NCBI GenBank assembly: GCA_002245135.1
Contig: NGBS01000613.1
Span: 1-64,000 of the forward strand
DNA from: Proteromonas lacertae
Lineage: Eukaryota
Direction of reading: 5' to 3'
DNA: 64,000 nucleotides
Part shown: piece by piece, positions 37,143-50,667 of the stretch
How positions within the stretch are numbered: position 1 is the first letter of the stretch
Layout of the letters: the number at the start of each line of letters is the position of its first letter
Program-made: the position numbers and the translations under genes
The notes under the pieces: model-generated
The model's input: the letters and a program-made list of their open reading frames with translations, nothing else
What the model was told of the DNA's origin: nothing
Database searches by the model: none

Positions 37143-37879
37143 AAACATCCTTAGAATTATGTGATAAATACAAACTAAAATCAATCGGATTGTGTTGTGT
37201 ATCGTGTGGTATATATGGATATCCTTTAGATAAAGCTAGTCACATCGCATTTAATACAGTATTGAATTATTTAAAAGATAATAAAAGTAGTAGTTTAAAA
37301 TATGTAATATTTGTTGTATTTTTGGCCAAAGAACATGATGTTTATAAAGAAATATTTGAAAAATATAATAAAGGTGAATATAAAGAACCTGTTATGCTTG
37401 AAATTGAAACTCCTAAAGTTATTGCAAGAAGAAAGAAAGAAGAAAAAGTAAAAAAGATAGACAATGATATAGAAAGAAAAGAAAAAGAGATTAGAGAATT
37501 ACATAAAGAAAAAGAAAAGTTATTAAAAGAGATGGAAGAAGATGATAAAAAAGAAGAAAAAGAAGCTGTAGCTAAAGTAACAGATAAAGAAAAAGAAAAG
37601 GAAAAAGATACAGCTAAAACTACAGTTATAGATTCAACTGAAAACGCAGATAAAAAGGAAGGTAAAGAAAACAAAGATGAACATTCAGAAACAAAGACAA
37701 ATGAAGATAAAATAGTTGAACAAAACCCAAATACTACAAAACCAGAAGAAAATAAAACTGAAGAGAATAAAGAAGAAGTAAAAGTGGCAGAAGGTGAAAA
37801 TAAAGAAGGTAAAAATAAAACTGATGGAGATAATGAAGGAAGTGAAAATCCAACTAAAATACCTAAAACATCAGAATAA
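37143..37879 (+). pseudogene. 3' fragment of the macrodomain gene (lacks the N-terminal half of the domain)
   Basis: Copy of 34412-35148 starting abruptly at the duplication junction. Confidence 0.85.
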
Positions 37880-37939
37880 AATATATTCATTATTATATTA
37901 TTTCTTTAATTAATTTGTAATTATAAAAACAACAACAAT

Positions 37940-38559
37940 TTATTTACTCTTGATAGGATCGTGATAATATTTATATAGTATATTTGATTTATTACTCTTA
38001 ATTACTGAACATAGATCATTTTCACTCAAATTGGATATATTCTTCAAGCTTTTATATGTATTTAGTAATTTACTATTATAACTATTACCAATTCCTGGTA
38101 TTGTATTGCTAGATTGAAGTATTCTTTCACTTGTTGAAACACTCTTTATTTTAATATCATTATTGTAATTATCAACATGCACTATACCAATTAATAGATT
38201 CACTAACTCACTAGTACTATTGTAGGGAAGAGTTTGCATGTGATTATTGAAACTACATACTTGTAACTAAAATATAATATTTATAAAGATAAAATATATA
38301 CTGTCAGAAAGTAATTTGAAGGACAACTCTTGGCATTTACAAATATTAGCTTAATTCCATCTTTTTCGTATTTTTCACACTTTTTAGGAATTAATGGTTC
38401 ATCATTTTCATTATTATCATATAATATACACCGAAATGTTCCGTTAATAATTATATCACAATGAGGTAGATTTTCATTAATAAATGTTATTTGTTTTTCT
38501 TTTAACTCCAATTCTAAATCAGAATTCATATACTTACTACTTAAAGATAATAAACTCAT
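37940..38559 (-). CDS. FAAP24/ERCC1-like protein (degenerate ERCC4 fold plus tandem HhH), 1 intron
   Basis: PHCDIII...CILY N-terminal region; HhH motif TIPGIGNSYNSKLLNTYKSLKNISNLSENDL. Confidence 0.6.
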
Positions 38560-38569
38560 TTTTTGATCT

Positions 38570-38577
38570 TTTGGCGC
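38570..38577. promoter_or_regulatory. E2F-type site TTTGGCGC upstream of the FAAP24/ERCC1-like gene
   Basis: Consensus TTTSSCGC 11-18 bp from the ATG at 38559. Confidence 0.45.
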
Positions 38578-38777
38578 CTAGAATATATTTGTTATTTTTA
38601 TGAATATTTAGTTATAATATAATTATTCCAATAAACTGTGTAAAACAAATCTATCAATTAGTTTAGAAAAATCAAAATTATAAAAATATGAAACGAATAG
38701 TATTTTGAAACATTTATATTTTTTCTTATAAATATACTTTGAATATAAATAACACAAGGAATGTGTAATAAAATATA

Positions 38778-40766
38778 TTAATATAATAATTGAATTAACA
38801 ATAAAAACCAAAATGTATAATAATTCATTGTCAAATATTGAAATGACAAAATATGAGATTCTTTAACAATATTCATCAATAAATCATTCATTGGCACATT
38901 AAGTAACAACAAAATAGTAATAACAACATATGGACATGATATAAAAACAGCGAAATATTGCAATAATCTAAAGAAATTAAAAACAAAAAATATATATACT
39001 TTATATGTGTAAAATATAACATAAATATTGTACAAAGAAGAGTCATAAATACAAATGCCAATACAAAACTATTATATCCGTTATTCAATGAACAGCCAAT
39101 GAAATAAAACAGTCCATATCCAATAGCAAATGAAATATGTTCCTTTGTAATTTCTATTCCACTGAATGACTTTAATAATTTTGTAATTATTTTATAACAT
39201 ATTGTTATTGATATTATATCTATTATAAATATAATAATAATATATACATAATGTAGTAAAAAGATACAAAAATTGATAATTATTAATATATTCTATCAAA
39301 ACTGGAGCAATTTCATTACATAATAATTTCAATAGTGTAAAACTACTCATAAATAAAATCAAAGGAGTAAAAGTGGGATAATTCTTCTATATAAATAGAT
39401 AAAAATATAAAAAATATACAGTTGTTTCTAGTGTATCTCTAAATATACTGACAATATATGAATAAATAACAACTCCCATTAAATACAGAGGATATAACAT
39501 CTCACCACTTGATATAAAGTAATACGTATTAATTATAATATAATTAAAATGAGAATGATGTAATCTCTCTTCAAGGAATTGAATTGTTCCAAAGAAATCA
39601 TCCAAAGAATGAATGAATTCTATTGGATTATAATTGCTGGAAATTAGTGGAGATGAATTTTCCGCTGATAATGTGAATGAATCAATTCCATAACTATTAA
39701 TTATTATTATTATCTATTTAATACTTTAATGTGATTCTATGTGGTCCTGTTCCTACACATGTAAATAATGAATACAATTGATTTAACAATGAATTAAATA
39801 ATATTTCATATTTACGAGAATAAGCTGATGGAAAAGTACTATTTAAAATTATAAATAAATAATAATTATTATTATATACACATCAGTACTTAGTGAAATA
39901 TCACAATATTTAGTTAAGGCAGTGATTAAATCCATATTGCATACTCTTGCATTGTCACCTATATAATTTATACCAATATATTGGAATCGATCGAGTATAT
40001 CTATATTTAATATTATTGATTCTCGTATTATTCCACTTCGAATCATTGAAAATGGTTCATGATATTTCTTTAACCAGTAACTTAGAGATTCTTCATCAAT
40101 TATACTCTTTATATTTCCATTGTTATATTCCATATTATTCTCAGGCAAAAGTAATAGTATTATATTATTTGAAAATTTGTTTGTTTCGTACCACTGTTTG
40201 AATAATGGTAATAATGTGAAAAAAATGTGACAGGAAGTTGGATTTGAATTAGTGATTATTTCTGCTTTTGGATGGTTTATTACTAATAAAATAGTATTGG
40301 TTGTAGCTCCAGCGGAAGGGGGATGCATAATTCCATATAAAAGTGTGCTATTGTTGTGATATGGTAAGAGAGATGGTGTTATATGATGATCTGACATTAG
40401 TTGTTGAAGATCTTCTAAAGGAGTTCTACTTCTAATCCATTCATCTTGAAAAGATAAAGCTTCTGCGAACTATAATATTATATATATAAGGGAAATAATT
40501 TAATTATACATTAGCTGAATTGTAAACAGAATGATATCTCTGTTTTAAAGCATTTTCGTCAACATATGTAGAACGAACTTTCATCTCTCCTGTTCCAATT
40601 GATATTGCGCAAAAAAGGAATGACCAAGCAATAACAATCAAAAATACTGGGAGTCTAACAATAAATCTTCATAATCTTCATACCTTAAATATATTTGAAA
40701 GCGATGACCTTGATATATGATTTGATAAACTATATATCGTAGTAATTGACCAATTTTGTTTGCCAT
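38778..40766 (-). CDS. GPAA1: GPI transamidase subunit GAA1/GPAA1
   Basis: Spliced motifs STYVDENAL, NMDLI, GPH...YGIDSFTL and LEERLHHSHFNY, then a multi-TM C-terminus. Confidence 0.85.
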
Positions 40767-40834
40767 TAAACAAGAATAAATGAAATTTAATTAATTGGTG
40801 TTACGAAATTTTTGTCTATCAGAATTATACCCAA

Positions 40835-43800
40835 ATGGCTTTATTGAGTGAAATAGAAGATTATCTTACTCAGTTTTATAGTCCCGGTGTTGATGAGTCT
40901 ACCAAAATGATGCTAGGTATGTTACCATTAGAATTAATACATTCTGTAGATATTGAGTTAAACACTGTGAAAAGTTCATTTGAAAACAGTGAAGAATTGT
41001 TAGTAGCTATTAATACAAGGTATTGTTCTTATTAATCTAACTATATTTTAGTTCTAATGACTATGTTTTGTTTTACTTAGCTACATGTCTATTAGATTAT
41101 GTTAAAAGGAAATTAGATGTATAAATTAACAGGTGATATTCTTTTAATAGGTAATTACAACAGAAGAAATCCTTCATATTGTAGAATGCATAGATCATTT
41201 CTATTTTGCTTTAAAACCATATTCTAAATTTATAATAGAAGAATACTGCCATGTATTATACTACTGTTTACATTACCTTCCAAACGATTCTTTGAATAAT
41301 TACTTCCAACATTTCGAATCTCAACTTCAAGGTGTGCCAGAAGTATCAGAAAGAGCGCTATACTTATATCACAACATACTTTTATCACTAACCTTCCCAA
41401 ACCAACCATACTTATCATCTCAAGTTATATCATTTCATCAAATTTTATTTCCTCATTTCTACATTATTCGTGATTTACTTATTCAACTTTATTACAAATA
41501 CTTTCAAACAGATTATCATATACTATCAGAGCTGATAGTTGAGTGTATAGTTACACTATTTTCTTTGATAAACAAAGGAAAAGAACAACAATCACTTATT
41601 AATGAAAATTTGATCAATTTATGTTTGAATTGTATTAAATCTGAATCGCAGTTGAAGTATATAATATTATTTATATAATTTTTTATTTTTTATTCTTTTT
41701 TATAGTGTTAAATGTCTAGAAGCATTGGAACTATTCATTAATCAAAATCAAATTCCACTCGAATTAAAGACAATCATATCGAACATATCAGAAACAATAT
41801 TTGATTGTTTAAATGTATAAATTATATTATATTATATATATAGTTGTTTTGTAATTTATCACCAGATCAATATGATATTTATAGTGAATTTTTTGATGCT
41901 TTTAATAAGTTTTTAGATGGATTTTTTCAAAGACATTTAAATACTCTAAGAGAAACTACAGAAGATGGTAAAATAGTTGAAATATTCAATATATTGTATA
42001 ATTTATTATTATTATTATATAGATTAAAATATACATTTTTATCACCGACATCTTATGTTGATTGTATTATAATATGGAATTCCATCATTTCTTCATATAC
42101 AAATGAAATGGATAATTCTCCATTAACACCTCAACAACACGAATTCTTTACAAATATATTCTTATCTTTTCTCAACAAAATTTTACTAACAAAAGATAAT
42201 TTCTTATTGCAATTTGATAATAATGTCAATTATAATGGAAATATAATCACTCTAATAGAAGCTACCATCCAAAATTGAAGCTATTATTAATGACTTAACA
42301 AATGAGAAAATTATTGATATAAAATTAATAAAATTTAATGATACAATAACAGAAAGAGAATATATAAGAAATATAACTTGTGAATTATTAAGTTTACTTT
42401 GTCAACTAACAAATCCAATAGCTACAGTAATATTTGAATTATTTAAGACGTATATCACCAATCTAAACTTTGCAGATAAGAATAGTTTATATGAAGATGT
42501 AATCACTTTAACTGATGTATATTTTTATCATTTAATATTATATTTTGTGATAGGCTTGTGGTTTGATATGTTTTAGTCCTTCAAAAGAAGAAAGAAATAC
42601 AAAATATGATATTTTTACACATTTATTATTAGTAACACAAAAGATATTACAATCATCTTTACCATCTGAACATTTGTCATTGTTGCATTCATTGTTTATA
42701 TCATTATCAAAGTATAAATATATATATATATATATATTATTTATTATTTATAATGTAAGATATGAATGTATTTCTTTATGGTATATTCGAACTAATAATA
42801 TTGAATCATTTTTACCCAATTATTCACTATTTGTTGATATAACTGTTACATTTTTAAATTATAATAAAATCAATCCAGTTACTCAATACTTATACTTGGA
42901 TGTTATAAACTTCTTTATATCCTTTCAACAGATTATTAACCAATATCTTTTATTCAATAATGAAGAATCGTTAAAGTTATACAGTTCAATTCAATCGAAT
43001 ATTCTCAATCTATCATTCCCTAATAATATATTATTATTAAACTATTTAAATCTTTTCATTAATAATATAAACTCCAATAATACAGAAGAAAGGCAAATAC
43101 ACATCCAAAATATATTCGTTACAATTCATGGGATTATTGATAAAGTGAAAAATAGTGATTTATCGAAGAATGTAAGAATTAGTAATCCGATGTTTAAGGA
43201 AATGAGTTTATACTTTAAAATGTTAAGTATTATATTAAATAGTAACAAATACAGTAATAAATTTGTAAAAACAATGTTGTACGAGTTAATTCAACCTTCA
43301 ATACAGTTTATATTCATCATAATTCCAACATATTTCGATATTTATAAAGAGAATAAGAATTTTGTGAATTTGATTATTGTATTGTATAGATTCTTTGGCA
43401 TTTTGAGTAATGTTTATACATATTCACAATTGGATGATATCTATAATAATATAATTGAAATTATATTGAAATTTCAATCAATAGAATATGAATTAACAAG
43501 TATATATATATATATAATATTTGTTTTATGAATGTATAGATGCTGATTATATTAAAGGATTACTTTGTGCAATTCAAACACTATTATTGAAATCTTTATC
43601 AGAAGAATCAACCAATAAGATATTATTGATATATTATAATTATATTAATAAATATTTCAATATAAAACTCAGTGTTGATATATTGAAGGAGATATGGAAT
43701 GTTACAAAAATGTTGATTTATTTCAAATCAAAACTGTTTTATCAAAATAATCAGTTTGAATCTGTTGAAAAAGAGAACTTTTATAAAATGTTATTGCATA

Positions 43801-44198
43801 TACTTTGTGAATTATTAAAATCTGAAGATATTGATTCTTTATTCATTGAAGATATAATAAAGTCGTTATTAGAATTTAACAAATGTAAAAAATTCTTTTC
43901 GAATGTTTTAATGAGAGATTTTGTTAATCAATTAATATTGACAGTTTTCAATATTTTGGTTGAAAAAACTAGAGATAGTAATTATGAAGAGTTTATATCT
44001 TTATTATATCAGTTGATGATTGGTAATATAGATACATTCAGGTTGATTATTGTTAATTATATAAATCAAATGGAATTGAGTGATAAAATGAAGAATGCAA
44101 TAGTTGTAAATCTTCCCAATGATGATGATGAGTATAATTTTAAACATAATATGAAAGCTTTGATAAATGATTTGTCATTATTGAATAAACACAATTAA
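40835..44198 (+). CDS. Exportin-6-like karyopherin (importin-beta family), multi-intron
   Basis: N-terminus LSEIEDYLTQFYSPGVDESTK...SSNDYVLFY and FFQRHL...LKYTF...YVDCIIIW resemble XPO6. Exons join in frame if 42225-42258 is an intron. Confidence 0.6.
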
Positions 44199-44275
44199 TA
44201 TTTCTATATTATATGCTTGTAATTATTGATATATTGTATGTTTTTTTTTACTACAGTAATAAAACAACAAAATAC

Positions 44276-46054
44276 TTATTCATTAATCACATTTGTGTCA
44301 ACGGTTATTTCAGGTATTAATTTCTCATATTCAGAAATTAACTTTAACCTATTATCTATTTCTTCTAATATTTCCTCTTTTATACTCAACAACTCACTAA
44401 ATTCCTCATCATTTTTCCATTTCGTCTCTATAATTCCATACATGTTCAAAATCATTGTTTTATTCACATAATTCATATTACACTTCAATATTGAATCAAA
44501 CATTAATTTAAAATTGCTTTTATTATCTTCAAATAAAACTATCATATTTTCTATCTCTTTTTCACTTATCAGTTTATCTTTATTGCTTTGAACTTTCAAA
44601 CTATTTAATCCAGCTATATAATATTTAATTGAATTATCATATTCCTTATGATTGTAATATATCGTTCCAATCATCATGTTATATTCAAAATTCTGTATTA
44701 TTGGCATTTCTATTTCATTATCTTTAACTATTTTATTGATTAATTCAAATTTATTTAATTTTGACCAACTATACAATATATAACTTAACGCTTCTAAATT
44801 TCTAAATATAATATCATTATTATTATTTACATATACATAAATATCATTCAACAATTCATATTTACTTAATCTTAATAGTTGTTTTAATAACAAATTCATT
44901 TCATATCCAAATATTTCATGTCTACTTTCTAAGAAAAGTTCAATCGATTTCATTATGTCATTATCACTTAATATATAACAACTATATAATATTTCTTTAA
45001 TATCATTATTTTTGTAATAATGATAATATTTAGAAGCTAATTTAATATATTGTTTCACTTCAATTTTTCTGTTTATATTTGCATAACAATACAATACTTT
45101 ACTTATATTATCAGCGTTTAATTGATATCTTTCTTCATTATTATTAATTGTATTTATATAATGATTTATTATTTCTTTTCTATTCAAATACTCACATGCT
45201 TTTACAATATATTCAATTTGATTAATTAGTATGAGCTTTTTGTTATTTACTATTTCTTTCATTATTTCATATAATATTTCCACATACTTATTCTCTTTAC
45301 ATAAACTTCTTATGTAATATGTAAAATGACTTGATGATATTTTATTATTATGATTATTTGTATAATTATTATAGATTTCTATACTTTCTTTATACATTTT
45401 ACATGAATCAAAACACTTCAAACAGGTGTATAATATCATTTCACTTATTTTTAGTTCATTTTCTATTATTTTATAGATTCTGTATAATTCTTTTCCGTTA
45501 TTTCTTTCATATAGACTCATAATATATGGTAAATATATTTCTATTTGATTTGGATATTGTTTTTGAATTATTTTAAATATTTCATCAAGTTCTGTATATT
45601 TCTCATTTGAATAACATGACTGTAAATAAGCTGAACATATTAGAGGTCCTGGGAAGTTTGGTAGGAATAATAAACTCTCAAATATTTGTTTGCTCTTGTT
45701 AAAATAACCTATTTCTCCATATATTGTAATCATTGTTCCTAATGTTTTATATAAAGGAGTCAATTCTTTTACTAACATATAATCAAATAGCATTGTAGCT
45801 AATTCATAACTGGACTGTTCTCTTAGATCAACCAATGTTTGATGAAGAAGTTCCAGATTGTTTTCATTTATCATCTTCATATATGATTTTAGTGGATCTT
45901 TAAGAGGTATTACTGATTTTGGATTTGCTGGTGCTGCAAAATATCTTGGAATGGTGCTAATCACTGTATTAATTGAATTTCTTGATAATTTTGTAATATT
46001 AGAAGTAAAAAGTGTTCTAGATATTGAATATATGATTTTTGATTTATTAAACAT
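44276..46054 (-). CDS. Pentatricopeptide-repeat-like protein with mitochondrial-type presequence
   Basis: S/T/R-rich N-terminus ending PRYFA; PPR-like unit ATMLFDYMLVKELTPLYKTLGTMITIYGEIGYFNKSKQIFESL; intronless 592 aa. Confidence 0.65.
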   Translation of the reverse strand: MFNKSKIIYSISRTLFTSNITKLSRNSINTVISTIPRYFAAPANPKSVIPLKDPLKSYMKMINENNLELLHQTLVDLREQSSYELATMLFDYMLVKELTPLYKTLGTMITIYGEIGYFNKSKQIFESLLFLPNFPGPLICSAYLQSCYSNEKYTELDEIFKIIQKQYPNQIEIYLPYIMSLYERNNGKELYRIYKIIENELKISEMILYTCLKCFDSCKMYKESIEIYNNYTNNHNNKISSSHFTYYIRSLCKENKYVEILYEIMKEIVNNKKLILINQIEYIVKACEYLNRKEIINHYINTINNNEERYQLNADNISKVLYCYANINRKIEVKQYIKLASKYYHYYKNNDIKEILYSCYILSDNDIMKSIELFLESRHEIFGYEMNLLLKQLLRLSKYELLNDIYVYVNNNNDIIFRNLEALSYILYSWSKLNKFELINKIVKDNEIEMPIIQNFEYNMMIGTIYYNHKEYDNSIKYYIAGLNSLKVQSNKDKLISEKEIENMIVLFEDNKSNFKLMFDSILKCNMNYVNKTMILNMYGIIETKWKNDEEFSELLSIKEEILEEIDNRLKLISEYEKLIPEITVDTNVINE

Positions 46055-46657
46055 ATATGCTATGGATTAAATGAAAATTTAAATGTCAAACTTGTTTGAA
46101 ATGATTATTTTGATTTTTAGAACAAAACAAAGACTTAACTGTATTTCAACTCTGTTTATGTAATAGTTTCATAACTCATTATGGTGTGAAAGTATAATTT
46201 AACAATGATTTAATTGTGAAATAGAATTAAAAAGATAAAATATGTAAATACATTATTGTTATTTAGGAATTTCAAATATCAACAATACTATTATTGTGAT
46301 AATTAATCAAATCTGACAATTTCTGTTGAATAATCATTCCATTGCATTAAAACTACACTGAGGAAGAGTATTCTCTTATTTCTATAGAGTAGTTCAATTT
46401 AATAAAGCGGTTAATTTTGTTTTAAATAATTTTTCGTTATTAGTGAGGCTTAAACAAATGTTATAATTATCAAATGTCGTTTTTTCACTATACATTTTAA
46501 TCGTTTAATAAGTTATTCCTTAAAGTATGGCTTATATACAATTCTTATAACTTTAAAAGTCATCTGTTACATTTTACTAACCTAAATATTCTATTTTTCA
46601 ATTTATTGACTATTCATTTTACATTTATAATAAATAGGTAATAAAAATATATAGAAA

Positions 46658-47210
46658 ATGCCAGTTGATCAAGAATTACATAAAGCAGCGTATATATACA
46701 ATAATTATATTGAATAGATATAAAGGAAGTGAAGGAGGTGTTATTGGAGAGTTAGAGAAGGGAGTTGCAGTAGATATTCGAGGAGCACAAGATAGAACCC
46801 CATTACATGTATTATATTGGATTATATTGTTATTATAGAGAGCTGTTGGTGGTGGACATGTGAAAATAGTACAAATCCTTCTGGAGCATGGTGCAGATGT
46901 TAATTTAGCAGATAAAGCTGGTAGATGTCCTATCCATTGGGCTGCACTGATGGGTAGTGTAGAATCTGGTCAATTGTTGGTAGATCATGGAGCTAATATT
47001 AATCAAACGACATCATCAGGTGATACTCCGTTACACATGAGTGCAGAAGAAGGTAAAACTGATTTTGTGAAGTGGCTTATGGAAAAAAGCTGTGATACTA
47101 CAATAAAGAATGCAGCTGGTAAATTCGCTGTAGAATTAGCTAAAGATAAGGGAAATAAAGAAATATGCCAAATCATTGATCCATCAGGAGGATCATGTGT
47201 TATCTGTTAG
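46658..47210 (+). CDS. Small ankyrin-repeat protein with C-terminal CAAX (copy 2)
   Basis: Same sequence as 36507-37059 at offset 10151. Confidence 0.88.
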
Positions 47211-47345
47211 TTTTTTAATTTATCATTTTTTGCCAATCAAACTTGTGTATATTTTACTATTATTTTATATTTTATTTCAATTTGTTTTTATGTGGATGTT
47301 AAACCAGAGAATAGATTTTAAATGAATAAATAAAGATTAGAATTT

Positions 47346-47911
47346 TTATAATTTCCTTGAACAATCTTGAAAATCTTGTACATATTTATTACATTTCAAT
47401 ACATCACTGTATTGGTCATAACAATTCAATATAGCTTTCATTGGAATTTCACATTTATCTGAATTTTTGTGTTGTTGTGATTCTCTTTTCTCCACTTCTG
47501 CTAGAACACCATCTACATTACTTGCATGGATGTTTACATCATGTTCTGCTCTTTCAGTGAATTTTATTCTGTAACTTTGAACAGCATTATATTTTTCACC
47601 TGAATCAGTGGGAATTGAATTATTAATTTGCTCCTGCATATCATTTCTTCCCTATTTAATTATAAATATTGTATTTACTTTTTCATAAACCTCTTCTAAA
47701 GTAGGTAGATTGTAAGGAAAACTATTTGATAAAAAATAGACATATATACAGATCCTCTTCATCGTCATTACCTTGGTTAACTAGTCTCTTTTGTAATCTT
47801 TCAGATATCTACAACAATAAAATATCATAATACTTCAATAGGTGGTCTTATAGGTATATCTATATTAGACTTATTAGATTGTGAAGATTCTGATGACTGA
47901 GATGACCCCAT
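47346..47911 (-). CDS. Mic19/CHCHD3-like MICOS subunit, 3 introns
   Basis: N-myristoylation-type start MGSSQS, coiled coil, and C-terminal twin CX9C (CEIPMKAILNC...CNKYVQDFQDC). Confidence 0.65.
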
Positions 47912-48007
47912 TGAATAGAAAAATAATTATATTTAAAATTAAAATTGGGGATTGGTATAAATCGTCATTTTATTTTGGAAAACCTAAAAATTCATTTTTG
48001 TTTTTAA

Positions 48008-49880
48008 ATGCCAACAATCTCTGTAGAGCCAGAAGATTTGTTCAGCAGGATTGGACAGTCATTCAACCAAGAAGAATTCAGCAATCTTTGCTTCGAATTT
48101 GGAATAGAACTTGATGAAGTTACAACTGAACATGTTATGAGCAGAAAGAGAGAAGGAGAGAATGACGAGAGAGAAATATATAAGATTGATATACCAGCCA
48201 ATCGTTATGACTTATTATGCGTTGAAGGCTTAGCTAGAGCATTAAGTATATTTTTGGGTAGAGAATCATTGCCGAAATACATTCTAAATGCAGGAAATCC
48301 ACCAATTAAAGCAATTGTAAAGAAGAATGTTGAAGTATATTTTCATTTTATAATTAATTAAGAATGTTCGTCCCTATTTTGTATGTGCTGTATTAAGAAA
48401 TTTGAAATTAGGTTTAAAAGGATTTAACAGCTTTTTAGATTTACAAGATAAACTTCATTTCAACATTTGTCGTCAACGTACAATTGTTGCAATTGGTACT
48501 CATGATTTAGATACTATTGAGCCTCCTTTCACTTATGATGCATTACCACCTGAAGAAATCAGATTTGTTGCATTAGCTCAAAAAGATGAGAAGAATGCAA
48601 AAGAAGTATCATATTATTTAATTTTTTAATTATTTATATAGTTAATGGATTTCTATCGTGATCCAAAGAACGTAGATTTCAAACATTTAAAACCATATGC
48701 TGATATGATTTACGATTGGGAGAGATATCCAATAATTAAAGACAAAAACGGAGTTGTATTATCTTTACCACCTGTTGTTAATGGTCGACACACTGAAATG
48801 TCAAAAGATACAAAGAATGTTTTCATCGATGTAACTGCCACAGATTTGACAAAAGCTCGAATAGTTTTGAACCAATTAGTATGTTTATTCTCAGAATATT
48901 CTGAAACAAAATTTTCAATTGAAACTGTAGAAGTAGAATACGAAAATGGAAATCATTATGTTTGTCCAGATTTGAGTAACAAAACCATTGAAGTTCCTAT
49001 TCCTCATTTAAATAAATTATTAGGTTTACACGAAAGCGCTGATTCTATACAAAAGAAGTTATACAAAATGTACTTAGAAAGTGAATATAATAAAGAAAAA
49101 GACAGTTTAACCGTTTACATTCCACCAACTAGAGCAGATATAATTCACAGTTGTGATATTGTTGAAGATTTAGCTATTGCATATGGTTATAATAACTTAG
49201 AGAAAGTTCCACCACCTGTAAACACTATTGGAAGTGAACAACCAATCAATAAACTCAGTGATTTATTAAGATATGAAATAGCTAGTGCAGGTTATACTGA
49301 AATAATGACTTTAGCTTTGTGTAGCAAAGATGAAGCTTCTACTTTATTAAACCATAAGAATATCGATGATATATGTGTTACATTGTCTAATCCAAAAACA
49401 GTTGAATTTCAAATATGTAGAATTAATCTATTAACAGGTTTATTGAAGACTATTCAAAATAATAAGGCAATAAAGATGAAAGATGGTTTGAAATTATTTG
49501 AAATTAGTGATGTTGTTTTAAAAGATAAATCTACTGATACAGGTTGTAGAAATGAAAGAAGATGTATAGCTTGTTATATGGGTCCTACTGCAGGATTAGA
49601 AATAATTCACGGTTTAATCGATAGAATAATGGAATTATTAGGTGTAAAAAGTCATGTAAAAGAGAGTGAAGAAGATAAAGATAAGTGGCATTATTATTTA
49701 AGAACTTTTGATGATGATTTATACTTCAAAGGAAGAAGTGCTGAAGTTATTTTAGAAAAGAATGATAATAGTAAAATAGTGTTAGGAAATATGGGTATTA
49801 TTCATCCCCAAGTATTATCTAATTTTGAATTAGTTTATCCATGTTCTGTAATGGAAATAAATATTGAGCCATTTGTTTGA
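48008..49880 (+). CDS. FARSB: Phenylalanyl-tRNA synthetase beta subunit, 2 introns
   Basis: MPTISV, LCFEFGIELDE, IPANRYDLLCVEG, DLQDKLH.NICR.R..VAIGTHDLD and PPTRADIIHSCDIVED. Confidence 0.96.
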
Positions 49881-50667
49881 ATGATGAAATGTATTAATTT
49901 TTATATTGATTGATTTTTTTAAATATATGTTTTTGTGTATTAAAAAAGAAAAACAAAGAAAAAAAAAACATTAGAATTATTGCAAAATGACTGTAATAAT
50001 AATCTCACGATATCATTATATATTCCATATTTCCATTCATTAGGTACACATTAGAAGGTTTAATATTGAGTAAAAAACAATCTGCAAGAAATGAGCTATT
50101 CTCATAGAATTTTAATATTATTTTATCTTTTATTCTAAGATTTTTACCATCTTGATATTACTTTGATGTTGTATAACCAAATCAACTTCATTCTTACCTT
50201 TATCAACTCTCTCTTTTATCTTAAAAAATAATTATAAATAAAACACTTGTGAGTCAGATGGTAACAGCGAGGATAAAATATCACTTACAAAAGAATTATT
50301 ATACAATAGTACATAAATACAATATGAACTTTAAAGTAATTACTTTTTAACATCCTAAGCTAATAAGATTAGTAAAATAATTGAATAAACGAAATGATCA
50401 CAATGTTATTATTTATTTTATAATCTCATCTAATAATATGTATAATTCCTTAACTTAAATTATTTAATGGTAATAGCAAACATTATACTTAATCAATACA
50501 TCTTTGTTATCTTTTACACCTTATTTTGCTCATCAAAGTCAAATAGAGCATAATTCATTTAACAGTAAACTCTTATATAGAGTATACTTGGAATTATAAC
50601 ACTTTTCATTTTTACGGTCATCGAAAAATTATTTTCGAATAACTTATTCTTCTTTCTTTCTCATTTA

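Larger units (their letters stand above)
34412..47293. repeat. Tandem segmental duplication: intact unit 37143-47293 (10151 bp), internally deleted unit 34412-37142 (2731 bp)
   Basis: 34412-35490 matches 37143-38221 (offset 2731) and 35487-37142 matches 45638-47293 (offset 10151), with only a few substitutions. Confidence 0.95.

Noticed and set aside
38623..38811. ORF as a possible extra GAA1 C-terminal segment
   Set aside because: GAA1 ends plausibly at TAA 38778, followed by a GT-rich element; the ORF looks like AT-rich intergenic sequence.
42225..42278. Apparent +1 frameshift in the exportin-like gene
   Set aside because: A 34-nt GT...CTAATAG intron (42225-42258) restores the frame, so it was not counted among the frameshifts.
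49881..50667. Unusually long spacer with coding-like patches on the minus strand (possible decayed gene or ncRNA)
   Set aside because: I could not build a consistent spliced ORF or recognise tRNA/snoRNA motifs; RNA-seq or a covariance-model search would be needed.
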